A DNA stretch of 64,000 nucleotides from Phoronis australis (lineage: Eukaryota; Animalia; Phoronida): positions 351,546 through 415,545 of the forward strand of contig NMRA01000319.1 of the NCBI GenBank assembly GCA_002633005.1, written 5' to 3'. Below, piece after piece: positions 1 through 15,300 of this stretch. Under the pieces are notes generated by a model, which saw only the letters and a list, made by a program, of their open reading frames with translations, had not been told where the DNA came from and did not search any database. Each line of letters starts with the position of its first letter. Position 1 is the stretch's first letter. The translations under genes were made by a program, and so were the position numbers.

Positions 1-219
1 CCAAAGAATTAAGATGTTTATTTTCACTCTTTGCTCTTTTGATGCCAAACTGAACTGCCCCAATAATAACATGACCCCGAAGTCCCTAAGATTGCTTCAC
101 AGCAATTTTGTGTTATTGGTCTGATTCCAAAGTTTTTTTTTAACTATTAGAATTTAGCAACTTCATTGCTCACGCCGTAGTTGATGTTTCCATTTGTCTG
201 TGATCGCCATTTACAACAG

Positions 220-390
220 GTACTGCACACCTACCCTGGCATGCCAGCCGCTGACAAGCAGGCCCAGGAAGAGCGAGAGCTGAAGGCTCTGGAATGTCTG
301 ACCCTCCACTTCCCGGACCTCTGGCGAGGCTCCAAGAGACGACAGCGGTTTAGGAAGGTCTCGACTTATGAACTCCCTTGGAGGAGCCAG
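220..390 (+). CDS. CFAP54: CFAP54 exon (VLHTYPG..ELPWRSQ), phase 0-0
   Basis: caacag| ... cag|gtgcgt; 171 nt. Confidence 0.88.
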
Positions 391-3300
391 GTGCGTCTTT
401 AGTTGAATGCTGTATTTAAGTTACACGATTTTGTGTGTTCGGTTAATTTGTAGTACAAATTGATGAAATGTGTACTAGGTTGTCTAGTTTTGTCAAAATT
501 ATGACAGAAATCATGAAGGATACCTGAAGGTCAATAGAATACAAAGTGAACACATGGGAAAAGCTTAAAATTCGTAGTGGATTAAATAGCAAATTTTCTG
601 AGATGAAATAATTTCTTACTTTTCATCTGACAGCATGCAAAGTGTCTAAACTGTTACCTTAACAAGAGCATTGATTAAGCATAACACTGAACTTCTCAAA
701 TTTTACAATAGACTAGGTTTTGCATTGTTTGTGGTGATATTTAGCAGACAAAATTCACTTACTACAAACTTTGTTGTGGAGGATTCGGACATTTCCACCT
801 CATTCATTGAAGAACACCCTTAGCTATATGGCAGAAATGCCCAAATCTTTCACAACAAAATTGTTCTTAGTAAGTCAGTTTCTTAGTTTTATTATTAAAT
901 TTTAAGTCTTCACAAAGAAGACTTTACAAGTATTGTAACCACAACTTATTCAGAATCAATTTTGATTTGACCAGTTCTATTAATACGCATCTCATTTCAG
1001 TATGGTATTGTGTCTATTTCAGCTGAACATTTATCAAGGTCTTAGTCACTTTGGTGTTTTCCTCATGAAACTAGAGCTGAGAGAGAAAGTGCTTGGTAAC
1101 TCTACCAATAACATGTTTAAGTAAGTCAGCTGTGTGGTTATGGTAAAAGTGCTTCATTGTTGCAAACGCTCAAATTTTACCAAATGTTGTTTGGTAATAG
1201 CTACACCATACAAACCGTGCTAAAAGCAAAGTATTATATAATTTTTCTGAGAAGTTAGTTTTGTTGAGAAATTTGACAAAATAAAATTTGACTTGTCAGT
1301 CATGTTGTGTCCCAAACTGAATAATTTTACACCATGTAAGATGTAACTTAAGGCACAAAATTGCAGGTAATTATTATAAATTCATTAAAATAAGACATCA
1401 CATTGATTTGAAACAACCAGTTTTGTTTTATGGGTAATGAGTGTACTGCTTAACTTTTAATGGAATAATCCTTCTGACAAATCAATGATGTCATGATGGA
1501 TTTGACGTATCACAAGATCCGCCCCGTTGCGAAAAGTCGACAAACAAACAATAAGTTTGTTATTTGTCAGGTAAAATGGCGGCTTGGAAATGAAGGTGTG
1601 TCAAAAATGCTGTGTTTTGATTGATCAGTTAAGCTGTCACTCAAAATCCTGACAACAGGTCAGTTCCCTGGAACATTTTCCAAGAGGCTAATGTTCATAA
1701 AAGCTTGTGCCATTTTTTGTGTATTCAGCCCGGAGAGGGCCATGACCCCTTAAATTGCCATTGCTAGTCATTAACAAAATTCTATTTTGTGCAGTCCATA
1801 AAGTAGGTGAGTCTGAGTTTGTAGACCTTCAAGATGCTGACGATGAAGTAACGTCATATCATGATTAACACCAGTTTTCTCCATTCAAGAACATCATTCC
1901 TAGATCAGGAATGGTTCTCCTTCGAAAGCGCCGGCACCCTGGTGGTCAACTGGTCTGGCGGTCCAGCCAAGATGGCCACTCGCCACAACAGCCCAGTCAA
2001 GTATTACGACCGTGAGGATGGAAGTCGTAGTCGTCGATCGGCAATAGAGAGTGCTGCTGCAGCTGCCACAGGTAATGATCATACTATGATGTCACTATGA
2101 CATCATAGTATGATGTCATTGTTCAAAATGGGGTACCAGGTGCTCCTTTGAATTGTAGTGAAGGATGAACAATTTCCCTTTTATGCAAAGTGTCCTTTTT
2201 TACTGCATAAAATATGCCACCCTGTGCAGAGGAAAGATTTCTTCTGTATATGCCTAGGTGGCAGTTAGAAGCATTTCATCCCATGTAACCAGTTGCTACT
2301 TTTGTGCAACATAATATGTCTTGCGGAGGCATATGTAGACAAAATGCACAGTCTTGGATGATTGTCTCGCACTTGTTATATGATTGTGCAGAACAGAGCT
2401 CATGTACATTTTTCACAATCTCACCCTCCATGTAGGTGCCCCTCCTCCTCCGCTGTTCCCGGAGCCCGTAGAGTTGCCGGACACCCCTCGTACGTACACG
2501 TCAGATGACGAAGAGACACACGGCAAGGAGAGCGCAGAGGCAGACATCATTAACACTAGAGCTACGATCCTGGCACTGAAAAAAACCTTTGACTTCTTCA
2601 AGAGAGCCATTGTAAGTTGTAGCTGTATTAAAATGAAGTAACAATTTGACATTTGGGGCTCCGCTATTCATAATTTACATGGGCAATGAAATAATTTTCT
2701 CACTCAACCAGGACCATAAACCCTTTAAGTAGTGTCTAGTTTAACAGTCCTGGTAGGACAGTTGTGAGTACAGGTCTCTCAAAGAACTGCTTTCACTGAC
2801 CTTGTATGTCTGTTGCAAAAGGCCTATTGTGTGTGGTGACACCGATGATTTGCAACAATCTGCAAAATTCTAAGCCACTATACCGATTGCTTACCTCCTC
2901 CAACCCCAAGATGGATACGTTGTACAATGTGCTGTGTATAACAGGACTTGCTGTCTTAACAATAGTAACATGTGGAATGAATTGGGAGATACCCAGTGTT
3001 GAGCTGAAGCTTGTTTACACTAGGCTCCTAATGAAGAGAGTTCTGTTGGTACTTACAGAGATCTTTTTGAAAAAGTGCTTGCAATAGGCTTTGCGTTTGC
3101 ATTAAAAGCAAAACTTCCTTTAAGAGATACGAGATTACAGACAATTTACACCAGGCTGAAAAGTTAGAGATGTGACTCCAGGTTTTATCGACGCCATCTG
3201 GAGATGAAGAAGTTGTGAATTTAATATTGGATGCTCTTGCGACTAGTTCATCCTGTCTCATCTGCTTGTCATTTGTGAAAAGTACATCAGCCAATTATTT

Positions 3301-6300
3301 TAAAGGCTACTTTTCATTCTTCTGTAATGGTTATTAAACAAAGTCCTGAGGCTGTGAATTCTGTTGTTCCCTTCAAATTTATATTGCTTGGTTCTTTTTT
3401 AGGTACTGGCACATCGTGGCACACATTGGAACTTGCTGCAGAATGCGAGCCGGGCGCTGTGGAACTGCGCTCATACTGCCCTCTTGAGGGCGTTCACCTC
3501 TGGGGGCCAGGACAATGGCCTGATCACGACGGAGGCGCTGCGATCACTGGTTTGGAGTCCTCTGTACACTGCTGCCGACTGTCTTCTCGACATGATGGTT
3601 CAACTCCAGGATGACATTGAGACTCGTGCTGCAAAGGTGAGTGGTTTAATCTTCACACAATCATTCTCTATTTGGTAGAAGAAGGTAGCGTGGTTGTCAA
3701 TAACTTGAACCATTTGTATTAAATTTCATGCTTGGAGGGTTACTGTATTGTTTTTCTTTTTAACAATGTTCTCTTTGTCATTATTGTCATGATTACGTAT
3801 GCCTTTATAGGACAATGTTCAGCTTTTGTGTGTAACATTCAACTATGAGTTATTTATTTCTGACCTATGAAAATTAAATATTCCATTTATTAAAATGCTG
3901 GGGAATTTTTTCTGTAGGCCACATGAAGGATGATATTTGCATTTTACTTAGTTTCAACTATCTTTAAGACAGAGGAATGCTCAGTCACTGCTTATCCTCC
4001 GTCTGTAAAGCAGGCAATTTTGGGGAAGACACTTCCAGCTGAGTTTCTGATAGTTGAAAGACGTGTGTCCAGGCACACAAGTCATTCACAAATTAGATTA
4101 AATAAAATGTAATAACTTTCTTTGCAACCCATCAGAATTAAAAAGGGAAATATTAAAATTATTAAAGACACTCACTGAACTACTCGGAAGAATGTTGACC
4201 GACTGAGGGGAAGTGATTGTGGGTCTGTTTCATTTAAAAAATGACTGAAGTTTCATTTTTGACACATAAGTTTGCTCTATGAGTCATTCATAGGAAAGAA
4301 AATATGGAGTATTGATCATGAATTTATTTATTGGCATTTAAAATGTTTGCAAAATTTCATTTTTGATCCATCAGTCATCCCTGGGAAACTGAAAAGCAAG
4401 CAGTGTGTCAAAAGATGAAGCTGTGCAGCAGACTGGTCATTGTGTGGTATTCATTGGTCCGTTTCACAAAAAATGTGTCTCAAGTCAGAAATTTGGTCTG
4501 CTCCCCACAACCATTTCTGAGAATAATTAAATCTCACTTGAGAAATGTACAAAATCTCTGACAATTACAAGTTGCCAGGATAATTTGCATAAATTATTTC
4601 TATGGCGTGATGCACTCATAATAACATGGCTGAACCTTTATTCAGAAATTCTTAAGTGGGAGCGTAAGACCAAATTTCTGAATCAAGTCTTAAAAGTCAC
4701 TTTTCATGATAATGACCCCGTGAATTTGGCATGATTCCAAGTTTACAATTATGGATACAGAAACATCGTGTTGTTTTATCCTCGGTTCTCCATTTCGTGT
4801 CACATTAGAATAAAAAGCAGACCTCAACACAGAAGCAGCCATTCTCGTGGGTTGATGACTCCTCTACCGACAAGGGTGGGGCCAGCCTTCGATTTGAGGT
4901 GACGTTGGACAACAGTACTTACTTGGACCTTCGCTGGCTCAAGAGGATCGTGCTGCGTACAATGGAGGTGCTGTTCTATGAGAGCAAGTGGGAGAAATTA
5001 GTTGATCTAGCTCTGAGGTTCAACGCATTAACTAAGTAAGCATCGCTCATGTCAGTTCTGTGTTTACTATAAAAATTCTTTAATTTGGGACAAAGTTAAT
5101 TGCTAAAGTTGTATTTCTATTTTACAGAGGCTTACCAGATTGCTGCAAATGCTAAAAGCAAAGTTAATTGTCCTGAAAAGTTTTTTTGTTGAGAAATTTT
5201 AACAAAATGAAATTTCATGTGTCGGCCATATTGTGTCCCAAACTGAAGATTTTTTTACCTTAGTTTTTGATCACATGTTTATGGTACACTCATGGCACCG
5301 TATATTGCAGCTCATGCACCCTGGGTCAATGGCTGACCAAAGTTGCTTTACTTGAGTCAAGGGTTTCATAAAAACGTGATTACGTGATCAATCTATCAAG
5401 TTTACTGATCAGAAGTTAAATGTGATTTTTTAAAAAACACCAGCGTGTTTACATTGGCACAATGTTTCAGTCAGTCAGTTCTTCAGCCACGTTACAGCGT
5501 TTTTAGAAGAACAAGCACGGATGTATGCTTCACTCATGGAACCGTATTTGGTAGCTCAGGCACTTTGTGTTGACGACAGACATGTGGAAAAAGAAAATCG
5601 TCATCTGTCAAATCCTATGTGAATGTGGAGAATCATGCATTGGTATACATTAATTATTACACCAGCACCTTCAAAGTGGTTTTAGGAAGACTTTACTGAC
5701 TTGCTTGCCATTTCCTTTCAGTGACCGCTACATCGAGCAAGTCACCCCCCTGCTTGTGCAAGCTCAACGCAAGATCAATGAGTACCTGGTGGAGGCCGGG
5801 GGTGGCACTCGCCTGCCTCAGCCTCACCTTGATAGGATCATTGCCAACTATGGTGGGGTCATCACCAGTAAACAATACCTGAAGCTGCAGCTGCTGTTGG
5901 ATTTGAAGCCTGAGGAACTACCCCCTGTGGAGCTGGGGGCGCACATTGATCCGGAGGGACACAACGTGTACAAGGGTGGGTATTAAATACAAACAGACTG
6001 TTAGTGTACAAATTTATCTTTTAGTCACATCACGTGACCTTTATTTGATGCTTTCTGTGTAGTCTCTTCAATCTATATACTAGTCTTTCAGTAGGCTTTG
6101 ACATAAATTAATCATATACATGAAATGAGACAAATTTGTACTCTGAGACTTGTTTGCTACATAAACAAAGATTGGTAATAGTCGGATTCGTCTTACCCAC
6201 ATTTTGAGACCAGTTTGATGTCCGTTATTCTGTGGGGAAAGCTGGTCCTCAAAATGTGACTAGTCGCGATAAAGTTATAATAAATTATTTAGCATATAAA

Positions 6301-9300
6301 TAATAGACATTTTGTTATTGACAGGATAGCCAGTCTGATCTGAATTTAATGATGTTCATTTAAGTTGAACATTCGTAAGGTTTGTGATCGCGTCGTCCTG
6401 AACCTGTCTGAATCTCTTGGACTGGCTTTCACGACACTTTGAAGCTTGCAGACATTATATAGCTATGCACATAGTCGACTGAAAGATTCTTACTCGGTTG
6501 AATCTCTGTTACAGGATTTGATGACGCCATCAAGCGCGTCAGTGTTCCTCTGGACGTTGTAACCAGCCTGAGCACAATGCGTGAAGCGCTGGAGAAGACG
6601 CACTATACGTCACGTGCTCTTCAGCACTGCAGGAAACTGTTAGTGTTGTACCTGGCGGGCAGACAGAATGGTGAGACACATCATGTGACATCTCATGAAA
6701 AATACTTTGTGAGAATGTTCTCATATTTTGTTAAAATTTGGGAATTATATTTTTTAATTGTAAAAGTTACATGACAGACAGTCTTGGATCAAATGTCCAC
6801 ATCTGCTGGAAGGCTGACGGTGGAGTAAACTTCATTTTGACAAAGCAAGGCTAAAAATTTACTCAGAGTATACAGCTAATGCATGTTAAAGAGCAATTCA
6901 TGGGCATAACATATTTATTTATTATTTTAATAAAATTATATATGTTCTAAAGATAACGTTATTAAAGGGGGTTTGACGCAGTTTCAATTTATCGTTGAAT
7001 TATAAAAAAATTCTTATTTTGTATTTTAGTCTGCCTACTACCAATATGCACGAAATCTGAGGATAACCTTCTGTTACAGCCACCTAAACAGAGGCACCTT
7101 TGGCAAAATATTTGAAATTTGCTCGGTTTGCCAAAAAGTCGCCTCTAATTAAACTAATCAAAATCTTTTTGAAAAAGGAATAATTTTGTTGCCTGTAATC
7201 AGTTTTATGTTTTCACTGCTTTGATTACATTTCTCTTATGACGATATAAGGAAATAGCTTTTCTTGGTTTTGATTTCGTAGAATTTAGCGTTTTGGCTTT
7301 CACTTTCTGAATACCTTAGTTTGGCGCGCATTTGTCGTGAATTAAGTTACAATGAAGTAGGGGTTACTGACCTAATTTTAGCTACGTTAGTTCAAACGGC
7401 CGTAGATGTTAAGAAAATGCCCCAATTGTGGTGATCGAGATTGCTGACTGCCATATCACTAGATGGCGATTAAATGTTTTGCTGTTGGGTTTGCTGCAGT
7501 GAATAACCTAAAACGAGTAGTATTCAGATTTACCGTTTTGCCTCAGTCATGTTTACTCTTTAATTTGCTTATGCCTAAACTCATGAAAAATCTATAAATT
7601 ATTTAGATGAAGCAACGTTTATAAGGTAAGTATTGTGTAGTAACAATGTTGAGATCAAAGAAACTACATTGCCATGTCATGTACCTTCAAACTTTTTTTA
7701 CTGCCTTTCAGACTCAAGTGGCGCGACCGACTCCGAGTTCTTCGCTGGGGGTCTCTCCAAGGTAGACTTTCGCACCACTACGGCACGTCCGCAGTCGCCA
7801 ATGCCCGCCAGCCTGGTCAAGGAAGAGTTCAAGCACATGGACGATGTCCAAGCCACTCCCATACCCAGAGGTCAACTGGGGGTCGTGTTGACCGCTTATG
7901 ACAAAACTATTGGTATTGAATGATTTTGATTATTTGGGTTGATAGTCTTTATCTAGCAAATTTACTCATGTTTGCAAAATTATGTGATGTCAGTCTTTGG
8001 TTTTCACTTCTCCATTTTGCTTTTTGTCTGATTATTAAGGGTTTATTGGGTTGCCTATTAATTTTTAAATGAAAAGTTCTTCAATTTCAGAATGGAACTG
8101 TGTGTGTGTGGTACAATATTTGTTAAGTTTAAAGACCCTACATAACGGCCAAATGACTTTTGAACATGTTAAATATCTGTATCATTGATCGAAACAAACA
8201 TATCATCCCTCCCTTTACTCCTGGCATTAGCTAATTACGCCAATTACTATCGTACGACCCCATCATGAACCCCATTTAGCGCCGAAAAAAAACTTTAGGT
8301 GGCGCTCGTTCTAATCGACGCAAATGACGTCATCGTTGATACCCAATACCTATCGAACAGTCCGTTGCCACAGGAAGCTTACCTTACGGTGTCTGGTGCA
8401 TATTTCAAGTCACAGATTTTCAAAATTACAACTGTTAGAGACAACCAAGCTCAAATACTATACGACACTTATCTCGACACTTCCACGTGCATATAATATC
8501 CTACAACTCACTGTCCCTTGATAGTTTAGCGTCGCCAAAGACAGTAGCGCGTTCTCGGTGGGGACCACTTACTCAGTNNNNNNNNNNNNNNNNNNNNNNN
8601 NNNNNNNNNNNNNNNNNNNNNNNNNNNNNNNNNNNNNNNNNNNNNNNNNNNNNNNNNNNNNNNNNNNNNNNNNNNNNNNNNNNNNNNNNNNNNNNNNNNN
8701 NNNNNNNNNNNNNNNNNNNNNNNNNNNNNNNNNNNNNNNNNNNNNNNNNNNNNNNNNNNNNNNNNNNNNNNNNNNNNNNNNNNNNNNNNNNNNNNNNNNN
8801 NNNNNNNNNNNNNNNNNNNNNNNNNNNNNNNNNNNNNNNNNNNNNNNNNNNNNNNNNNNNNNNNNNNNNNNNNNNNNNNNNNNNNNNNNNNNNNNNNNNN
8901 NNNNNNNNNNNNNNNNNNNNNNNNNNNNNNNNNNNNNNNNNNNNNNNNNNNNNNNNNNNNNNNNNNNNNNNNNNNNNNNNNNNNNNNNNNNNNNNNNNNN
9001 NNNNNNNNNNNNNNNNNNNNNNNNNNNNNNNNNNNNNNNNNNNNNNNNNNNNNNNNNNNNNNNNNNNNNNNNNNNNNNNNNNNNNNNNNNNNNNNNNNNN
9101 NNNNNNNNNNNNNNNNNNNNNNNNNNNNNNNNNNNNNNNNNNNNNNNNNNNNNNNNNNNNNNNNNNNNNNNNNNNNNNNNNNNNNNNNNNNNNNNNNNNN
9201 NNNNNNNNNNNNNNNNNNNNNNNNNNNNNNNNNNNNNNNNNNNNNNNNNNNNNNNNNNNNNNNNNNNNNNNNNNNNNNNNNNNNNNNNNNNNNNNNNNNN

Positions 9301-12300
9301 NNNNNNNNNNNNNNNNNNNNNNNNNNNNNNNNNNNNNNNNNNNNNNNNNNNNNNNNNNNNNNNNNNNNNNNNNNNNNNNNNNNNNNNNNNNNNNNNNNNN
9401 NNNNNNNNNNNNNNNNNNNNTTGCATTATCAGTCGACATTGATGCCTAACGTCGGCGATGTTTCTAATTGGTGACGTTCCTTGAGCAAAACTACTTTGTT
9501 TTTTACTGTCCCAGCAGCCGATCAGGTGCTCACTACAGGTTGTGGTTAGCGCGGTAATGTGTTGCTCGTTCTCAACGATGATGTCAATAGGCCAGTCTAC
9601 TGTGATTCGTCGAGAGAATAAAAGGGGTTTCTGATGGGGGCACATAATATGGGGGGCTCAAAATGCGTCGTAATTAGTTAGTGGTTGTGTGGAATAAAAC
9701 GAAACAAAGATATGTTGCACAAAAGTACATGTATTTAACATATCTAAAAGGCAGTTGGCTCATTTTATAGGGACTTTAAGGCTAAGTTAAAATACGTGAA
9801 CTACACCCTATCAAATAAAAATGACTCGTGTGGTGCCACCTTTTGGGTTTATTTGCAGAGATGCTACTGGCTCGTAACCAGAAAGGCTTGGCTGCCCAAG
9901 CTATGCATGAGTTGGGAAACCTTCACTACCATGATGGAAACTCCAGGTGAATTTGAGAGACAGAGTGTTAATGTGTTACTGAAAGTTTTAAGAAACACCA
10001 CCAGAGATTCTCATTGCCATGCAGATAGTTTGCATATAAGCAAGAATTAATTCCAGGCTTAATACTGATGTCATTGATAACAATAATTGCCGATAGCTGT
10101 TAATACATGCAGGTCTCTTCAACCTGCCAAACACTAAACTGGTTTGTTGGATTGGGCATGTGAATTGTATAATTCAATCACAGTATGTTACACTTTATCA
10201 TGAAACAGACATAGAGACGTTCTGCTCAGTTGAGGAAAATGCTGAAGTTGGTCTTCCTGAATGTTTTAAATCCATTGTACCTTTGATGTACATTTTACAT
10301 ATACATGAAGTGGTTTGTGGAGAGAGTTTTTTCTAGGGATTAGTTGTTGCACTGATCTGGTGCATGACTAATGTAAAACTATTTCTATCAGAATATTCAT
10401 TAAATTTGATATGTGTAGTCACTTAAACTACCCTGAATATTCTCACCAGAGCTGCTTACAACTGGTGGTGTGAGTCGTTGGATCTCATCCTGAACACGAA
10501 GGATGCCCTGTCAAACTGGAGGAAGGCCCTGACGTCGCACGATATCAGCGCACAACTGCTTAATGCCTGTGGACTGTGGGGATGTATTCTAGGCGGAGTG
10601 CTGACATCAAACATTGCTCAGTATGCACAACTAGTTACCACAAAGCTCCTGGATGGCTTTCTGTTATTCCATACAATAAAAAAGTGTAATTTGTTAGAGA
10701 CTCACCAGCATTTTGGATGACGAACACTTAAGATTACCCTTGTTAATCATTCATTGCACTATTTGACAGACCTGGCTGGCAGTGTGGACCATTAAAAGAT
10801 ACACATCAAAAAGCATTGGACATTGGTTGAGGCAGTTTATAGTTGTCATAGAGATGATAATGCAGAATTAAAGAAAAACAAATAATTTCTTGTTAAAACT
10901 TAGAAATTAAAGATCTGAGATATGTTCTATTAATTTATAGTCTTAATGTAGTGTAATGTGGAAAAAAATAACTTGATATGGAAATGTACAGTTGTACAAT
11001 TTTCCTCTAAGGTACATCATAACCTCTGACCTCGGCCTCAGGATGGAATGCAGCTTCCTGAGTGGTTACTTCTTCAAGGCGCTGTTCCGTTCATCTCTCC
11101 CCCACCCCACCTCTGACAGAGATTACGCTCTCTATGACATCGGTGAAGGCTGCGAGGTGGCAAATCTTGTGCCGGGCATCGACTTACTTTCAGAAAGGTT
11201 GTTGAAACTTCTTACGAGTAAATTTCAGCATTTAAATTCCTAACTAATTTTAATTGTTTTTCATATAACCGAAATGTGCTTTGTAGTTCATGATGTTCAA
11301 GTCTGTCACTTGTGACTGTGTAACATTGCAAAAAAAGTGAAATCTGGCAAGACCGCATAAAATCACGCCAGACCATACTTTTCACTCGAGACCGTTACAA
11401 GTGTATGCTGACAAAATGGCTGCCTCTAGCATGATCGCTTTGTGAGGTTGGAATGTTGAATTACTATGTGATGGAATTCATAAGAACAGAGTGCAGTTTG
11501 TCTGATGTCTTTTGTAGTGCATCAGACATGCACAGCCCACGTGGTTGGACCCATTGCACAAAACAAATGAAGTTTTATGTAATTCATAAGTTTTTGTATA
11601 GATTTCACTATTTCAGTTACATTAGTGAAGAATTTTTGCCGCAAATGTATTCTAATGTCTCAGGTCTACGGAATGCAGCCCTGAGACATATTTTATGAAA
11701 AATGATTTAAAACTTATTTGGTCTAACTTGCACTCCACACAACTATTTTGAAAAATAATTAAAGCTTGCTGGTTCAAAAGTTTAAAGTCTCTGAGTACGC
11801 TCACATAACAGCTAATTACCAATATAATTTTTACAAATTATTTATGGACCGTGATGCGATAACCTTATAATTACACTGCCAAACCTTTATCAGCACTTTG
11901 GAAGTGTAAGACCAAATTTCTGTCTTAAGTCACTTTTATGAAATAGACCCTGCTTATTCTGCAGCTAACAAAGTGGAACATCTTACTAGAAGAAGACATG
12001 ATCCATTGGTAATTTTCATGATTTTGGATTGGAATCTTGTTCTGTGTATCACTTTTGTATGATACTCATAAAAATTATTGTTTTATCAGGTGACTGGAAT
12101 TATTTAAGAAACAAGTTATGCAAATTCATATTTTATATAATAATGATGATGATAGTGAATGGAACGGATAATCATGAGTGGAATTATGCTAAAACTCATC
12201 GGCTGATTTTGACAGATTCCATTCATTTCAGATTTCGAGCAGACGGACGCAGGATTGTGGCCGCTCTCCGTTGGGTGACCGAAGCGTTAGCTAGAGGCAG

Positions 12301-15300
12301 GCATAATCTGTTTGTAAGTATTGAATTAATCACTTGCTCATGTAGTAATGTTTATCCACTTTAACCTTTGACCCCTGGTGATGTTGCAAGCAGTTGGAGG
12401 TAACTATGTACTTGAAGAGCATCGTTATGTCATAGCAATTAGTTCTTATTATGTATCGACAGAATTACACTTTCTTCTCGAATGTAATTTATATTCTGAT
12501 CTACAAGTGCTGTTCTTACCAAGATAGGATTAAGTGGACATTAAGAGAGTGTTCAGAAATTTTTTACAGACTCATGATATAACTGTCCTGAGAAAAGTTG
12601 CTCGATATTTAATTAATGCGGAGAAACGTGAAAATGAGTTCCTTGATATGAACTAATTTAGATTTGAACAATCTTGTACTCTCTATGTATTATATATTTT
12701 TAATGTGGGCCGGAGACCTTTTACATGAAATAAACCTACTATATCATTTTGAAAACATATTTTATGTAGATGAAATAATTATTTGGGTTATTGACTTAAG
12801 GACGGTTATACAATTGTTTGTGTTTCCTTTTCCCTTGTCCTGTGTCATTTGTTGCTAGCTTCTCTGGTTACATGAAATATTTTCATTTAAGAAACAAGTT
12901 ATGCAAATTCATATTTTATATAATAATAATAATGATAGTGAATGGAACGGATAGTTTGTAGTTTCCATTTCTATTACATAAGGAGCTTCCATCAAACAAA
13001 CTGACCCATCTCAGTCCACGGGCTGTGAACACTGCATTATTGTAGATCAAGTGTACATTAGATATTCCATCAAATCATGGATTGCTAACTAAGTTTGTTG
13101 TTTCCTCGCCACAGGTTCTACCACTCCTCACGCTCTATCAGTACTTCACCACGTTTGTATGTCGAGACCTCCAACGCACTGTCGATGGACGCATACTCAA
13201 GGTATATGGAATTCTGTTATCAGTCTTGCATCAAATAAGTACACAAACAGCCATTGCCTCATTTGTATTTTATAAAATGTATTACATCAATTACATTCGT
13301 TGACAAAATCATAAGTTATCTCCCTTTGGTGTAACGAGCATTGAATTTCCTCAATATGACTGTGTTGCTTAGGCCATTGTGTTATAGGCAATTACTGAAT
13401 GTTTTCAGGCCTTGCCCTAGCCTGCTAATTTGATTACTTAGTAAACCAACTACCACTCTCTTGACCGTGGTGGTTGATAACTGATGGATAATGTGTTGGT
13501 TCTGAAAAGGCTAAGTGCTTTTTCTTAACATTTGCATAATTCTTCATAGCGTGGTTTTGTCACGCACCCTAGTGAGCAACTTTACATCTTGAAACAGTTT
13601 TTGGGGCCTCAATAACACCTGTCCATTGATCTCGGTACTTAAAAGTTATATTTGCAATTTGCTTGCTCCTAACTATGCTATTATATAGCAGGAACGAAAC
13701 GACAATGCTGTTTGAACATCATCTGTGCTAAACAAAGTGCAGTTGTATTCACTGACAACTTGTAAATGTAAAAACAATTAATTCTGCAATTAGGTTACCT
13801 TTGCTCTAATGACGTACCTAGGGGTCTCAAATAACCCGCATCATGCTGTGTTATTCCCCAACACCACATCATGATACTTACTGGTCACAGTTGAGTCATT
13901 TGCGACACTAAACTCGTTCTTAAAATCATTTGGAAATTTTCAACCTACTTCATATTCACGTCGTCTGTACATGTTGTATTTCTAATTTTACCAAGCAATC
14001 ACAGAGATAAGGAATTGGCATGCAATTTCCACTTTAAGTCCAGTGTTACTTGAATTTTATTTTACTGAATAGATTATTTATGTTCGGTTTCATTCACCAG
14101 GTGCGCATTCTCACCGACCTTGGTTTGTTCACCGAGGCGTTCATCATTCTGCAACGTCTGCTCCACGGTGAACGTCTGCCGCACACAGCAGACAGCAACT
14201 TCCGTCAGGTGGAGTCCAAGATGAGCTCTATCAAGTTCAACACGTCCAAGCCTCTGTTTGAACAGTGTAACTTGAGGGTATGTCTCAAAAAACATAATTA
14301 TTGTAAAAATGGATTAGGTCAGACCCATTTTTCCAAAGATGGTCTCGACTGGTTTTTTCACTCCTTAAATATTAATGCAGACGAGAAAAGTACATTTGGT
14401 TACTTTGGTTTGTGAAATTGAGTTTTTGGTGAAATGCGTGTGCGTGTGCGTGTGATGTGTCATTGGGGATTTCTGTCTTTGTACTGTGTTGTTATTATTA
14501 TTGCAATAAACATTAAAAAAAATTGAGGGTATGTCACTGTTAGCTTTGTGTTCAAACTCGCCAAGTACATGAAATAGCTCTGTAACGGTAAGATGATTGC
14601 ACTCAAGAAGAAGTTAAAGGTCGCAGGTTTGATTCACAGACTGAAGTAGTTAAAATATGGGCGAGTACTGGGTACGGGGTCTAATGTCTGTACTCGATAA
14701 TTGACCAACTACACGGCATGCTCTGAGTAAAGTAATTGCAAATTCGTAACTAAATCGTATAACGTAATTGGCTAGTCTGAATCTGAGTAAAGTTTGAGTT
14801 GAGAGGTAAGACCCAGGGCCATCATTTCTCCAAAAATGCGTAAAGACCAGATGACCAGGAAGCATACCAACTGAATTGTAGTCAACGAAGATGTGATGAA
14901 GTTTGTGTGTGGAGTGCTGTGGAACAATACATTGGAGTCTAATTTATGGAATGTTGTCAGCTATATTCTGAATTTCCCGCATACCTTTGAAGTGGCATAA
15001 ACAATGTTTATGAAGCTGGCAGACAGTCATGGAGTCAGTCCCTGACATGACGTACATACTGTCTATGGTGTTGGCTGACAAATTATTAACTTTCACCTTT
15101 GACCTTTCAGTCATGGAGCCAGTCATCAAAGGCGTGTCTCCCATTTGGGGTCAACTGAGTGTCCCTGATGTGGGACAGATAATTCCCATGATCTAAACTT
15201 TAAATGCGTGTTGTATACATTATGTCCATGGTGTTTGCAGACATATTGTTAACTTCAACCTTTCACCCTAAGGTCATGGAGTCAACCATTGAGAAGCGTC

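Noticed and set aside
8299-8496. 65-aa ORF beside the gap
   Set aside because: GTG start inside a putative transposon, with no transposase motif I can recognise.
8487-9645. Long ORFs of 288-358 aa
   Set aside because: Artefacts of translating through the N gap.
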